Shown: piece after piece, positions 24,700 to 38,757 of the stretch
How positions within the stretch are numbered: position 1 is the stretch's first letter
Layout: the number at the start of each line of letters is the position of its first letter
From: Balamuthia mandrillaris
Taxonomy: Eukaryota
Direction of reading: 5' to 3'
NCBI GenBank assembly: GCA_031835245.2
Contig: JAVKOQ020000019.1
Location: 186,001-250,000, forward strand
Length of the DNA: 64,000 nt
Notes under the pieces: generated by a model
Told to the model about the DNA's origin: nothing
Database searches by the model: none
What the model saw: only the letters and a program-made list of their open reading frames with translations
Made by a program: the position numbers and the translations under genes

Positions 24700-25586
24700 T
24701 CACAAGTTTTGTGTCGTCGAACTGAAGTTCTCTAACAGAGCCTGTGTGCTCGTCCTGGCTATAGCGTAGCCTAGCGTTATCCCAAACGGTAAGGTTGCCA
24801 ATCTGAATGTGGCCCCCTGAAATGATTTCGCGTTAACGAACCGCATAATGACATTCTCTGCCAGTGGTTGAACGTTACCTCCAACAATAATTCTATCGGC
24901 ACTAGATGATACTTGTAAACACCAAATAGGATTGTAGAACGCACGGAAGCGGCGTACAGGGCGAAGTGTTCTTTGGTCATACTCCAAGACAATGCCGTTC
25001 TGCAAGCCAACAACCAATCGGTCACCCTGCAAGTGGAAGCAGCGACTCAATCTCACTTGAACCTGTCGATTACATTGGCGTGTTTCTAAGTCCCAAAAGG
25101 CAATTGTCTCCTCGCACCCGCTAACCAGCTGGTTGCCTTCCACTGCCAAAGGCAAACAGGAGTTAACAGAGGCAATGGAAGAGATTTCCTAGGAAATAAG
25201 AGAAGTTTCTACCTTGAATGGCCCAGACTCCCTCTCGGCCCTGATGGATGTCATTGGGCATTGTTTGCAGCAACGTCACACCATTTCTCTCCTTGCTGGA
25301 GGAATGGCCAAGGGGCGAATCGTCCGAGCGCAGCTGCGCCAATGATAATGAATAAATATTGATGGCCTTGTCGCTGGAGCAGGTTGCAAACTTGGTATCA
25401 CCATCAAAAAAGCGAACGCAGCGAACCAACCCGCTGTGAGCCTGAAAGGAGGATAGGAGGGAGCTCCGTGGAGGAGGCTCGCTTTCTTTACGTGACTGCA
25501 AATCCCAGAGACTGACATGGCCCACCTCATTTCCTCCTACGGGAGGCTGAGCGCTCAGTATACCCAAGACGAGAAAGAAGATACGC

Positions 25587-25626
<40 letters not shown>

Positions 25627-26241
25627 ACTTGCGGTACTGACGTACCTGCCACAATGGCGGTTTCTTCGGAAGCTAAACGCACGCAACGAATGCTGTGGTC
25701 GAGGGGATCCGCAAAGGTGCGCAAGGCGCAGCTCCCCTTGCGCCAATGCTCCGCGAGCTCGCAATAACGTTGAAAGGTTCTTTTCCAGCCAACAGCAGGC
25801 GCGCGCGTTGGTACAGAGCCCATCCATAGTGCAGCAGGGTGCTTCTCTTGGAACAATCTGTTTGTGATGATGGGGGATCATCACATGGGCAACGAAGTGA
25901 AAAAGGGATTGATTGAGAGCTAGTTCGGGTTTTGCAGGCCAGGCGTTGAGTTTTCTCCACTAGACTTACCTCTTCCATAGGGCTTGCTCTTGCATGAAGT
26001 CATGCCAGTGGTGGTTCAACAAGGACATGGCACACACATCCGGAGCGGCGTGAAGAAAGGAGAGGATGTGCAAGGTCAACTCGTCCGGCAGCAGCTGGAA
26101 GCAGCCCAAGGCAGAGGGCGGCTGCGGCGCTGCCCCCTTTTGGCGTTGTTGTTGTTGTTGTTGTTGCTCAAGGCTCAGCTTCGCAAAGGTTGCGGACAGT
26201 GACCCTTCTTCTTTGGGAGGGGAGGAGGAGTCCGACAGCAT
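24700..26241 (-). CDS. F-box/WD40-repeat protein
   Basis: F-box LPDELTLHILSFL..VCAMSLLNHHWH..LWK; WD repeats (AHSGLVRCVRF..FATCSSDKAINIY, LVSGCEETIAFWD). Confidence 0.88.
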
Positions 26242-26457
26242 TGTTGTTGTTTCGATGGGTGGTGGTTTTTCGCTTCTTCTTCGAATTTTGGTGAAGAGGA
26301 TTAGGAATCACAAGCAAGAAGCAGGGTATGGTGGCAACAGAGGTAGGGTAGGAAGGGAAGGGAAGGGAAGGGAAAGATGGATGGCCTTCTCTGCCTTGGC
26401 GCTCGCTTGCAAGGAACAAACAACAGCGCGGATAGTCGCTCTATATATATATATGAC

Positions 26458-26573
26458 TGAAAAGAAATGGAAAGGGAAAAAAGGGCAGCAAAAAAGTCCC
26501 TGCGCTTCCCTGCTAATTCCAGCAGGGAAAATAAATGTCGACAAGGACCACCACCTAACCCAACCATTGCGCG
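26458..26573 (+). repeat. Dispersed ~117-bp conserved non-coding element, copy 2
   Basis: Aligns with reverse complement of 9046-9163; contains TTCCCTGCT-N6-AGCAGGGAA inverted repeat and TGTCGACA. Confidence 0.9.
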
Positions 26574-26600
26574 TTGGTCATATAATGGATGATGCAGAGC

Positions 26601-26826
26601 ATGAGCGTCGAACCGACGGGTATATGTTCCTCGAAAATAGTTGTCATCACTCGGAGTCGAACCGACAATCCTCCTTAAAAATAGAAAATGAAATCGTGAG
26701 AGTCGAACCGACGGCAAAAATTAGGTTTCATTAAAAAACTTTCTGTCATCACTCGGAGTTGAACCGATATATTACTTTTAGATAAATATTATTTTTTTCC
26801 TTCAATGGTGAGAGTCGAACCGAAGG
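26601..26826 (-). promoter_or_regulatory. Array of five B-box/tRNA T-arm-like motifs (TCGGTTCGACTC)
   Basis: GTCGAACCGA cores at ~26607, 26656, 26702, 26758 (GTTGAACCGA), 26814. Confidence 0.65.
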
Positions 26827-26890
26827 AAAGAAAAGAAACAAAAAAAAAAGAAAGTGAAGAAAAAGAAAGATAATAAAATATAAAAAAAAA

Positions 26891-28053
<1,163 letters not shown>

Positions 28054-28179
28054 AACAAGGAAAGCAACCTTTACTTTTTTTTTGTCCTTTCAGTTTTTGG
28101 AATTCGTTCCTGTACTTTTTGTTCAAAAACAGCAGGCTCTTTGTTTGCTTCTCATCTCCCTCCCTTGCCATCAGCCTTC

Positions 28180-28320
28180 TCTCTCTCTCTTCTCTCTTCT
28201 CTCTTCTCTCTTCTCTCTTCTCTCTTCTCTCTTCTCTCTTCTCTCTTCTCTCTTCTCTCTCTTCTCTCTTCTCTCTTCTCTCTTCTCTCTTCTCTCTTCT
28301 CTCTTCTCTCTTCTCTCTTA
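28180..28320. repeat. (CTCTT)n-type array between convergent genes
   Basis: Visible tandem repeat. Confidence 0.9.
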
Positions 28321-28441
28321 CTCTCTCACTTCTCTCGCATTACGATAGTTACAAGCATTTAAATCTTTAAGAAAAAACAAACAAAAGAATGACTGATGAA
28401 GAGAGAGAAAGGCTGGTTGGTGCTGCCCATCTTCTTGTCTG

Positions 28442-28488
28442 TTATTGTCGATATCCTCTGCGGGCACAATCCTTTGCACACAAAACGT

Positions 28489-28533
<45 letters not shown>

Positions 28534-30125
28534 GAGAAGGAGAGAGCTACCACGCAGTAGGGCTGGCCTTGCTGAGCAAAGAACTTGCCGGCGTGCTTGG
28601 CAGTAGGTCCCTTTGTTTTAGTTTAAAATGCATTGTTTTCGTTAGTTCATCAAGTTTTTGCTGTTGAAGAGGAGAGCATAACAGCAGAGCGAGGAAACCA
28701 TACGAGAAGAGCCGAGTTGCAGGCCCTGCAGGTAAAGCAGTCCTGGTGCCAATTACGATCCGCAGCACGAACCACTGTTCCACCAACATACTGCCCACAT
28801 CGCCCACAACCATCTCCTCCTCCGCCTCCTCCGGAAGCTAACGAGTTTGACGGAAGAGAAGATGAAGATGAAGAAGGAGTGTAGCCATAGGGTCGAAGCG
28901 GAGGTCTCTGTTGTTGTTGAGATTGCTGTTGCTGCCTTTCGCTACGGATGCGTTCCATCTCTCGTTCTCTCTCTTTCCTGGCGAGTTCGGCGCCGTCGAG
29001 TTGTTGGAGGGACTGACGGGCGCGTTGCTTCTGCTGCTCGATCCAGCGGCGACGCTCTTCCGCGTCGCTCAGCTCCATTTGTTGGATCCTCTGCCGTTGC
29101 TCCTCCGCTTTGGCCTTTCTCCTTTGCAGCAGCTCCTCCGCGGTGACTTGTCTTCTTGCTGCAGATGGAGACAATGATGATGAAGAAGAAGAGGAGGAGA
29201 AGGAGGAAGAAGAAGCAAGAGGAACCGAAGGCAAAGAAGAATAAGAAGAGGAAGGAGAAACGGGAACAGGAGTGTAAGTATAGTTATAGTTGGCGTCAGA
29301 GGTTTGATAGGCGGAAGGCAGCGACGCAGAAGAAGAAGAAGAAGAAGAAACAGCAACATTCGACGAAGAATACGCAGTGGTGGTTGGCAAAGAGGAAGAA
29401 GAAGAAGAGTACGTAGCAATAGCAGAAGAGGAGTTGAGAGGAGAAGAATAAGCAGAAGAAGGAGAAGAGTAGGACGGAAGCGAGGAAGAAGAAGACGACG
29501 GCGAATGAAACTCTTCGACAACAGCAGGAGGAGGAGCAGAGAAGGAGGAAGACAGAGGGCGCTGGGGTGAGTACGTCGTCGAGGCCGGTCGAGAAGAAGC
29601 AGAAACCGGTGGAGCCGAATAAGTCGTTGAGCCTGGTCTAGAGGAAGAATAAGAAGTTGTCGTCGTTGCTGAAACCGGTGGAGCTGAATAAGCCGTTGAG
29701 CCCGGTCTCGATGAAGAATAAGAAGATGTAGTCGTCACAGAGGTTATGCTCATTGAAACTGGACGAGCAGAAGAATAAGATGCTGCCGACGGTTGAATCG
29801 GTGGAGAAGCATAATCCGATGAATAAGGCGAAGCGGAAGCCGAAGCAGAAATCGGCTCTGGAGCTGCTATAGAAAACGAGGAAGCCGAAATGGGGGAAGC
29901 CAGTTCGGCAAGACCGATCGTAACGGGAGCAAGAACGATGGCTTGCGGCGCTGCTGTTGTTGGGGCCTCCGCAAAGTTGGACGACGACGATTGATTACTA
30001 TTACTATAGTCATTGTTATAATAGTTGCTGTCATAAATGGGCGAGGCTGTTGGCTCGTCGTCCAGGGAAGTGCTCACGCTCTCCAGCTCATTCAACAAAG
30101 CCGCCAGCTCGTCCTCCTCCGCCAT
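28442..30125 (-). CDS. Single-LIM-domain protein with LD-like N-terminus and Ser-rich linker, 3 exons
   Basis: ELAALLNELE (LD-like); CGRC..WHQDCFTCRAC + spliced GKFFAQQGQPYCVDC. Confidence 0.85.
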
Positions 30126-30275
30126 TTCTCTCTCTGCTTGCTCTTCCCTTTTGTTGCTCTTCTTCGTTGCTCAATTGACTAAATTACATTTTTTGTTTTA
30201 ATTTTTTCTTTTTTGTTGCCAAAATAGCAGCGTTACCCATTATAGAAGGAGAAGAGGAGAAGCCTTTCGCTCAAC

Positions 30276-33200
30276 TCAGCGATACACACGCAAGCGAGGG
30301 GCATGGTCTTTGGCTTTTCCAACCAAATGTTGGGTCGTTCGTATACACAAGCTGTTGTTTTTCGTTTTGGTGAACAAAAAATATAAAAGACGAGGAGAGA
30401 AGCGTGGAGAAGCAGAAAGAGAGAGAAACAAACCTGATGTTTAAAGAACGTAAACCGGGAAGCTTTCGAATGACCTCCCACACGCCCGCGTCCGTGACCT
30501 TCCTGCAGGAACACAGGTTCAGCCGCTCCAAAGAGCTCAAATGGGCAGCGATGGTCCTCAATGCCACATCCGTGATGTCACACCAGCTCAAATCCAAATG
30601 TCTTAACTCCTTCAAACTCTCCACCAACTGACAGACGGCCGCATCGCTTATGCCCGAGCAGAAGCCCAGGTCTAGGTGTTGCAGCTGGGCGCAGCGCTTC
30701 AGGCTCGCAACGGAGGAGTCGTCTATCCGTTCGTTGGCGCTCAAGTCTAATTCTTTGAGAAGAGGCAGAGCCGAAGCCACTTCTTCAAAAACGTTCGTCT
30801 TAGTTTTCTTCATTTTGGTTTGTGCTTGTTCTGCTTCTTCTTCCGTTTCGTCTTCTTCATAGACGTCCGCTCCGATGTCGCATTCTTTGAGCTCCAAGGA
30901 AGTGAGCGAGGAGCAAGAACGGGTGACGGCGCGAATGGCACGATCGGTTATGCGAGTGCATTCGCTCAAACGAAGCTTTTGGAGAGAGGAGCAGCGACGA
31001 GCGATCGCCTCGATGCCCGCATCGGTGATGAGGTCGTTGCGTCGGAGCTTCAGAACGAGGAGGTGGCGATGAACGGACTCGGAGAGGCCGATAAGAGACT
31101 GGTCGGTCACTTTAGAGCAGAGACTGAGGTCCACTTTGCGAAGTTTGATGGAAGATAATGTTGAAGAGGAAGAAGGAGGAAAAGAGGAAGGAGGAGAAGA
31201 GGAAATGAGAGCGAGAAGACCGACGTCGCCCACGCTGGTGCCGCGGAGATTGAGCTCTTTGAGCTTGGTAAAGTTGTTGGCACTTATAGTTGTTAGAACG
31301 TTGTCGTCCATTCCGTTTATGCACAACCTTTGTTTTGTATATTAGAAGATAGATCCAATCAGAAGGGGAAGGGAAGGAAGGGAAGGAAGGGAAGGAAGGG
31401 AGGAAGGGAAGGAAGGAAGGGAAGGAAGGAAGGGAAGGAGGAAGGAAGGGAAGGGAAGGGGGGAAGGAAGGGAAGGGAAGGGAAGGGAAGGGAAGGGAAG
31501 GGAAGGGAAGAAGAAGAAGAAGAAGAACAAGAAGAAGAACAAGAAGAAGAACAAGAAGCACAAGAAGAAGAACAAGAAGCACAAGAAGAAGAAGAAGAAG
31601 AAGAAGAAGAACAAGAACAAGAACAAGAACAAGAAGAAGAAGAACAAGAAGAACAAGAACAACAAACAACAACAACACAACAACACCACATGCAAAACAC
31701 AGTATCCTTGTCGGAAGCAGAAGCAGAACAACAACAACAACAACCACCACAACCAGAAATTGAGCAGAATGTGCAGAAGTACAAGGGGAAGGAAGACAAC
31801 GTACGACACTTTAAGACTTTCGAGATTCGTACAAAGGGTAGCCAACCGATTCATGGACTGAAACGTGATCTTCTTACAAGCATTAATGTTCAGCTTTGCC
31901 AACGTCTTATGGCAAGCTTCCACAATAGCCACTAAGGCTCTGTCCGTTATAGCACACCAGCTCAGATTCAGTTCCTTCAAGTTGAGACAATGCCCCGCGA
32001 TGGCCACCAAACTCTCATCCGTAATCCTCTTGCAAAGCTGCAAGTCCAGGCTCTCCAAGTAAACGCAGTTCTTGGCTAGTTTTAACACAGACTCGTCCGT
32101 AATGAGCTCCCTATTAAAGCCTAAGTTGACGCGACGCAGGCTCAACGGTGCATAGTTGATGACACAGGCCACTGCCTCGTCCGTGATCTTCTTGCAGTGC
32201 TTGAGGTTGATCTCCTGCAGAGCGGCGCAGTTTCGCCCCACCGCGGATATAGAGAGCGAAGTCAGCTTGGAGCATTCCTCAAGCTCCAATACGGTCAGAT
32301 TGGGGCAACATTTGGCCACACGTGCGATACTATCATTGGTGATCCTCTCGCAGCCATTCAAGATGAGAACTTGAAGATGAGGTCCACAGTTCTCAGCGAT
32401 GCAGGAGATGGACAGGTCCGTGATGAGGCGGCAATTGGAGAGCTCAAGGTGGCGTAGCCGGAGGCAGTGCTGCGAGAGCTCGATGACTGCTGCATCAGTA
32501 ATTTGCTGTTCAGCATTTCTATCTTTGCCATCTAGACAAAGTTCTTGAAGCCCCGTGCAATGCTTATAAGTTCAGTTAGAACAATCAGCACAAACAAGAA
32601 CTAAACAACTAAGAGGAAGGGGAAGGGGAAGGGGAAGGAGAAGGAGAAGGAGAAGGAGAAGGAGAAGGAGAAGGAGAAGGAGAAGGAGAAGGAGAAGGAG
32701 AAGGAGAAGGAGAAGGAGAAGGAGAAGGAGAAGGAGAAGAAGAAGAAGAAGAGAAAGAAGAAGAAGCAGAAGCAGAAGGAGAAGGAGAAGGAGAAGGAGA
32801 AGGAGAAGGAGAAGAAGAAGCAGAAGCAGAAGGAGAAGCAGAAGGAGAAGGAGAAGGAGAAGCAGAAGCAGAAGGAGAAGCAGAAGCAGAAGAACAAGAG
32901 GAGAACAAGAAGAGCCAGGATCAGAAGAAACAACGTACAGCAGCAATTTTACGAATGGCGATGTCAGTAATGAGCTTACAGCCCTGCAAATTCAAATGAG
33001 TCAACCGGGGACACATCTTCGCCAACTTTATCAGCGTGTCATTCGTAAACTGAGAGCCTCCTTTGATGCTTAGCTGCGTCAGCCTCGGGCAATGTTCCGC
33101 CAAAGCCTTCAAACTGGCGTTCGTCAGACGGAAGCAACCGTTGAGATGAACGATAGAAAGTTTGGGACATCTGTTTGCGAGAACGGTGATGCCAATGTCC

Positions 33201-33957
33201 GTGATTTGAGGACAGCTACTAAAGTTCACCTCTCGTAAGTTGGTGCAGTGAAGTGAGAGAGAGTCTGCGTTCTCGTCGTTGACGTCTACAATAGCCTTGT
33301 CCGTCAGTCGGCGACAAAACATGACGTCCAGTTTTTGTAGGTTGGTGTTGATGTGGCGCGCCATGGAGGCGAGCACCTGGTTGGTGATGGACTGCTCGCA
33401 GCCAGAGAGCTCCAGGCTTTGTAGCTGGGTGCAGCGCTCCCCGATGGAGATTAGAGAGCGACCGGTCATGCGCTCCACAGCGGTCAGGTTCAGGCGCAGA
33501 AGGCGAGGGCAGCTTTTGGCAACTTCGAGCATGGCTTCGTCTTTGATTTCTCCGCAGTTGTTCAACTAAGAAAGAGAGGGTTAGAGAAAGGAAGGAAGAA
33601 AAGAGAACAAGAGGGCAAAAAAGCAATACCGAAAAGGTTTCGAGGTTGGGGTTCCGTTGCACGAACTCAAAGACAACACTTTCGTTCACTTGCTCGCATT
33701 CATCCAAACAAAGCCGTCGAAGATTAGAGCAGCAACGGGCAACATGCAACAACGTTGATACTTGCAAATGTGAACACCACTTTAACTCAAGACTGCGAAT
33801 GCTGTCACCGAATTTGGAGGCGATAGCCTTCAATGCAGTGTCTCTTATTCCGATGCTCAGTCTCTGTGCTTTCAGCTTATCTGGCAGTCCCAACTATCAA
33901 AAAGGTTCAAATGGCGAATTTAGTTCAGAGAAAAGAGAAAAGCATAAGAGAGAAACA

Positions 33958-34002
<45 letters not shown>

Positions 34003-35850
34003 AACATACTTTGCAACTTTCAACAACAGAAGCAATATCATAGTCCGAAAGCTCCAACAACCATTCCAAAGGAAGCAACTGCGTATAATACGAAGAAGGG
34101 CTAGCCTCCAACGCCTTTCTGTACTTGGCACCAGCTGCTGAGTGCAGCTCTTGTGTGCTGGTGTGCACTTGGCTGAGGAGCAGTTCGCCCCATTGAAAAT
34201 AGGCTTTGTGCAAAGTTGGTGCGAGCAAAACGGCTGAGGAATAGCATTCGACCGCTAATTCGAAGACTTGGTCTTGTGTCTTTTTGTGCTTTGTGTCTAT
34301 GGTCCGCTTCTATTGTAGTTTGTGGTTTCTTAAGTTATGGTGCACAAGAGAGAAATGAAAAAGAAAGAAGGAGAAGGAAAGCTAACCAATAAAGTGTTGC
34401 CGAGTTTGAAGAGACGGGGTGCACTGCGGGCATCTTGATACTTGCCAATGGCAAACGTAAAGTATTTACATGCCTGTTCTCCTGTCTTCTTTAGACCTTG
34501 TTGATATAATGCGTCGCCATAACTATGTAGCATTTGGTTAACAAAGCGAAACAAAGCCGCAGCAAAAAGAAGAAGAGAAGAAAAACGAAGAACGAAACGA
34601 AGAAGAAGAAGAAGAGACACAATAACAACATAAGACAACAGCAACAAGATTGATGTACCTGACAAGAGTAGATTCAGAATCCGGAGAAGAGCGCAGAGCG
34701 TCCTCATACTTCCCACGGGCAAGCCTAAAAAGACGGTCAGAGCCGATGAAGCTGCGCGACCGCTCCATGGCTTGACTGTGCAGTAGCATGGCCTCTGCAT
34801 GGGCGATGATGTTCATGTGCTTGACACGAGGTTGAATGGTTTTCACGTCGAGCGGCACAAGCCTGAAGTTGGGATCTTCCACTAACTCTTGTAACGTTTG
34901 TTTGTGGAACCGAACTCCTACACTCTTTTCAATGCGAGTGAAGATGTTGACTAAATCTATCCCGGACTTTCGAAGGTCATATGTTTCTTCCATCTCTTGC
35001 TCGCTTTTTAAAAAAGAAAAACGAACGTAAGACGAGGACAGAAGAATAGTTGGGAATAAAGAGTAAGTAAGAGGAGGTCACCTGAGGCCGTGTGGATAAA
35101 GACGGTTGAGTTTTTCTTTTATCCGTTTCTTCCAAAACAAGGAAGAGGCGTTTTCCATGGTTTTAGCAAACACAACATTCAAACAATCGATAATAACTTC
35201 ATAGTAGGCTCCATCAGCTAACGTTCCCAATTCTCTTGTCTTGTCTCTGTTTTTTTAATATTTTTAGCGTCAGTCACCTTATGAAGAAAACGGAAGCAGA
35301 AGGAGGGAGAGAGGACTCACCTCATTTTCTTGCGAAGGTCATTCTTCAAGACCCTTGCTATCATTCCTTCCAAAAGAATCCTCCGAATGAGTGCTTCCGA
35401 GACGTGCGACCGAACAAGCCCCATGAACCGAACATTAATACCGAAGCTGTGAAACTTGGGCCCCAACTGAAAGTTGTTTGCTGCTCCTCTGACTCTCCAC
35501 TCTGGCAGCTTCTCCAACCAAGCAGCGAACTGAGGAATGACTTCGCGGAAGAGACGTTCGGTGGCTTCTCTGAGCTCAGCATCGTGCGTGGCGTGGTCGT
35601 GAAACCCAAAGTTGCTTTGAGCATCGGAGGAGAGAGGGACAGGATTCTTTCGGACGTGTTCCGGTCGAAGTTGTCTGTACAAGTTGCAGCCTAATGTTCT
35701 TCTTTGCTTTGGAATGTATTCGGGAGGGAATAGCCTTCATAGCATAGTATTCAGATGAGTAGTTATACTAAGTGAAAGGGAAAAAAAGGAGAAAAACGAA
35801 CCGAGCAAAATCCAAAAGATACATTCGTCCGTCTAACCCAATGTGACCTT

Positions 35851-35887
<37 letters not shown>

Positions 35888-36069
35888 GGGGAGCGGTGAG
35901 AGGAAGAGACATGAGATGCACGAGAAGGAAGAGATACCTTCTATATCAACAGGACCATAGAGTTTTACTTGCTCTGCCATAAAGCCTGTCATGTGTCCTT
36001 TTAAGTTCAGTTTTCTAGCGATCTGTATTGCATATTTTTAGTACGACTTTCTCTTCCGTTATTTTAGAA

Positions 36070-36100
<31 letters not shown>

Positions 36101-38406
36101 CAGCAGCAGCAGAGAGGTAGAAAGGTGGATAGAGAGAGACCCTTTTCATGCGGTTGTGAAACTCTGGCACACTGTTGTGGACAGTCATGGAAGCATCGTT
36201 GGAGCCATAAACGATTGTTGATTTTAGCACTGGTAGTATGCTAACCGCAACCAATCGAAAGCCTAGCGATAACAGAGCGTCAGAGAGAGTGTCCGTCAAG
36301 AATTAAGCTATGCAGAGACAAATAATAAGAGAGAAGAGAAAGAAAAAGAAGTACCTTTATAGTCAATGAGAGCAATCAGAGGAACGTAAATGCCATCCAC
36401 TCCGCATTGGTAGACGCTGGTTAAGCCTGTCAACTCGTGAGCTGCCGCTTTCATAGCATTCGCATCCCCTCCATATAACTTTTTCCAGTCTGTCGTGTTG
36501 ATAATAGAGAAGAAGTAAGAACACAAACAAAGCTGAGAGGAAGAGCAAAGCATGAAGAGCAGCAACAAATAATGAAAGAGATATAACAACGAAATAGGGA
36601 AACATACCCAATGCAAACTTGAAGAGAATGCCTTGGCAAACAAACTTTGGTCCGCCAGCCTGACCGCCCAACTTATCAGTGACCGGTTGAATGGTCTTGA
36701 GCTCCTTTGGCAGAGCCACCTCAGAGATGATGATGCGACCGTAACACTCTGCTGTATAGTCAAAGTCATGTACCAGAGCGGACAGTTGGCGAAAGCGTTT
36801 CATCTTCTCCTCGGGAGGACAGTCGTTGATGCCGTCCAGAATGCTTTGAAAGTCTCTGTTCCAGTTCTTGACCTGTCCGTTGATTAAAGTGCTTTCGTCC
36901 TTCTTGTTCTGGCTCTTCTTCATCTTCTTTTTCTGCTTCTTTTTCTTCTTCTTCTTCTTGGTCTGTTTAGTTCTCTTTTGCTTTGGTTCGTTCGCTCCAC
37001 CTTCCTCTTTGTTTTTGTTATTGGTGAGGACGTTGCGATACGATCCCGCAGCCAACGAACCAACACCAGGAATAGCATATTGAGACGCCACAGCTTCAAT
37101 AGGGCTATAGGAAGAGGCAGAAGACGAAGAAGAGGAGGAAGAGAAAGAAGAAGGAAAAGCGAGTGATGATTGAGGAACAGCGCTATAGCCAGGAGAAGGA
37201 GAGGATGGAGGAGTACGAGGAACAGGATGGGGAGAACTTGGAACGTCTTCGCTTCCACTCGACACTCCTGAGTCACGAATGTAATGCTTCAGTTTGACTA
37301 TGTTGGTTTCGATGCCCGAATCAAACCCACCACTGCTGTCCCCTAATACGGAATTAACACCAAAGTCAATATCATGCCGATAAGGACTGTTGTTGTGGTT
37401 GTTGCTATTATCAAAGTGTTGTTCGCCACTTGTGCACATCAAATCTTCATTTTCTTCTTTCTTCTCTTTTTCTCGTTCCTCTTCGTCTTCGTCTTTCGAA
37501 TGAAAACTAGAAGAAGAGGAACAAAAGGAAGAATCGTCATCATCATCTGAAGAAATACCCGAAGAAGATGATGATAAAGAGGAAGTAGAAGAAGCAAAAG
37601 AAGAAGATCCATCGTCATCGTCATCAGAAAAAGAAGCATAGTCGCTCCAACAAGAAGCATAGTTGGTAGGAACAGGTGGAGAGAGCAACGTTCCCGTCAG
37701 CACATCCTCTTCTTCTTCTTCTCCTGCTATTCTCTTTTGTTCTTCTTTGCTTCTAACAATAGTTGAGCGTCTCAAATTGAGATAAGGACTATCTACCAGC
37801 GAAGCATTCTCGGTGTCCTTCTCTTTTTCTTTCTTCTTCGTTGATGTTGTGGCGGTTTCTGACTTAAGTGTGGGATAGGTCGAAGCATAAGAAGCAGCAA
37901 AAGGTGCCAAATAGTCGTTTCTTTCGCGTTTTTTCTCCTTCATCTTGTTTCTCTTCGGCTTTGCTCTTCTTTCGTCCTTTCTAACTTTAGTCTTTGTTAA
38001 AGTGTCTGTTGAGTTTGGCGGTTGTTCTAAAGTCATCAAGTACGAGCGACGATAAGCCGGATGCATGTCTTCAGGTCCGAAACTAGGAGCCTCCGGAGCA
38101 AAACTCTGCGTTACTGTAGCATTGCTGACTTCTTCTCCTTTTTTTACTTTCTTCTCTGTCCTCTGCTTTAAAGAAGGTACCATCGACCTTAGGGAGCATT
38201 CCTCTTCGTCGCTAATCGGAGTGGAGCCATAAGAATGTGGCATACGTTCTTTTTCCTCTGCTTTTTCCCTTTGTCTTGCTTTTCTTCTTCTTCTGCTACG
38301 TTGCCTCCTTCTGCTGCTTTTCTGTTCTTTTGTTGCTTTACGCGTCGCTTGCTTGCTTTCTTTTGTGTCTTTCTTGTCTACCTCTTCTTCCGAAGAAGAG
38401 GAGGAG

Positions 38407-38441
<35 letters not shown>

Positions 38442-38723
38442 GGAGGAAGAAGAGGATGCAAAGAAGGCGCCAAACGAAGAAGGAGGGAGGTTGTGATAAC
38501 CCAAAGGGTCGCCAAGATTGTTTCCGCTAACGCGTTGCGCAGTTTTTTGATTTTTCACTTTTGGTCGTTGGGCTTCTCAATAAGTTAGAACAGAAGAATA
38601 ATGAAGAAGAAAGAAGAATGCCACGAAGAATAAAGAAAAAGAACAAAGAAAAAAGAAAGCAGCAGCAGCAGCAGCAGAAAGAAATAAGAAGTAAGAAGAA
38701 CGAAGAAAGAAGAACGAAGTAGT

Positions 38724-38757
<34 letters not shown>

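Noticed and set aside
26601..26826. CRISPR array
   Set aside because: Eukaryotic locus, no cas genes, conserved core only ~12 bp with two alternating types; kept only as a B-box-like array
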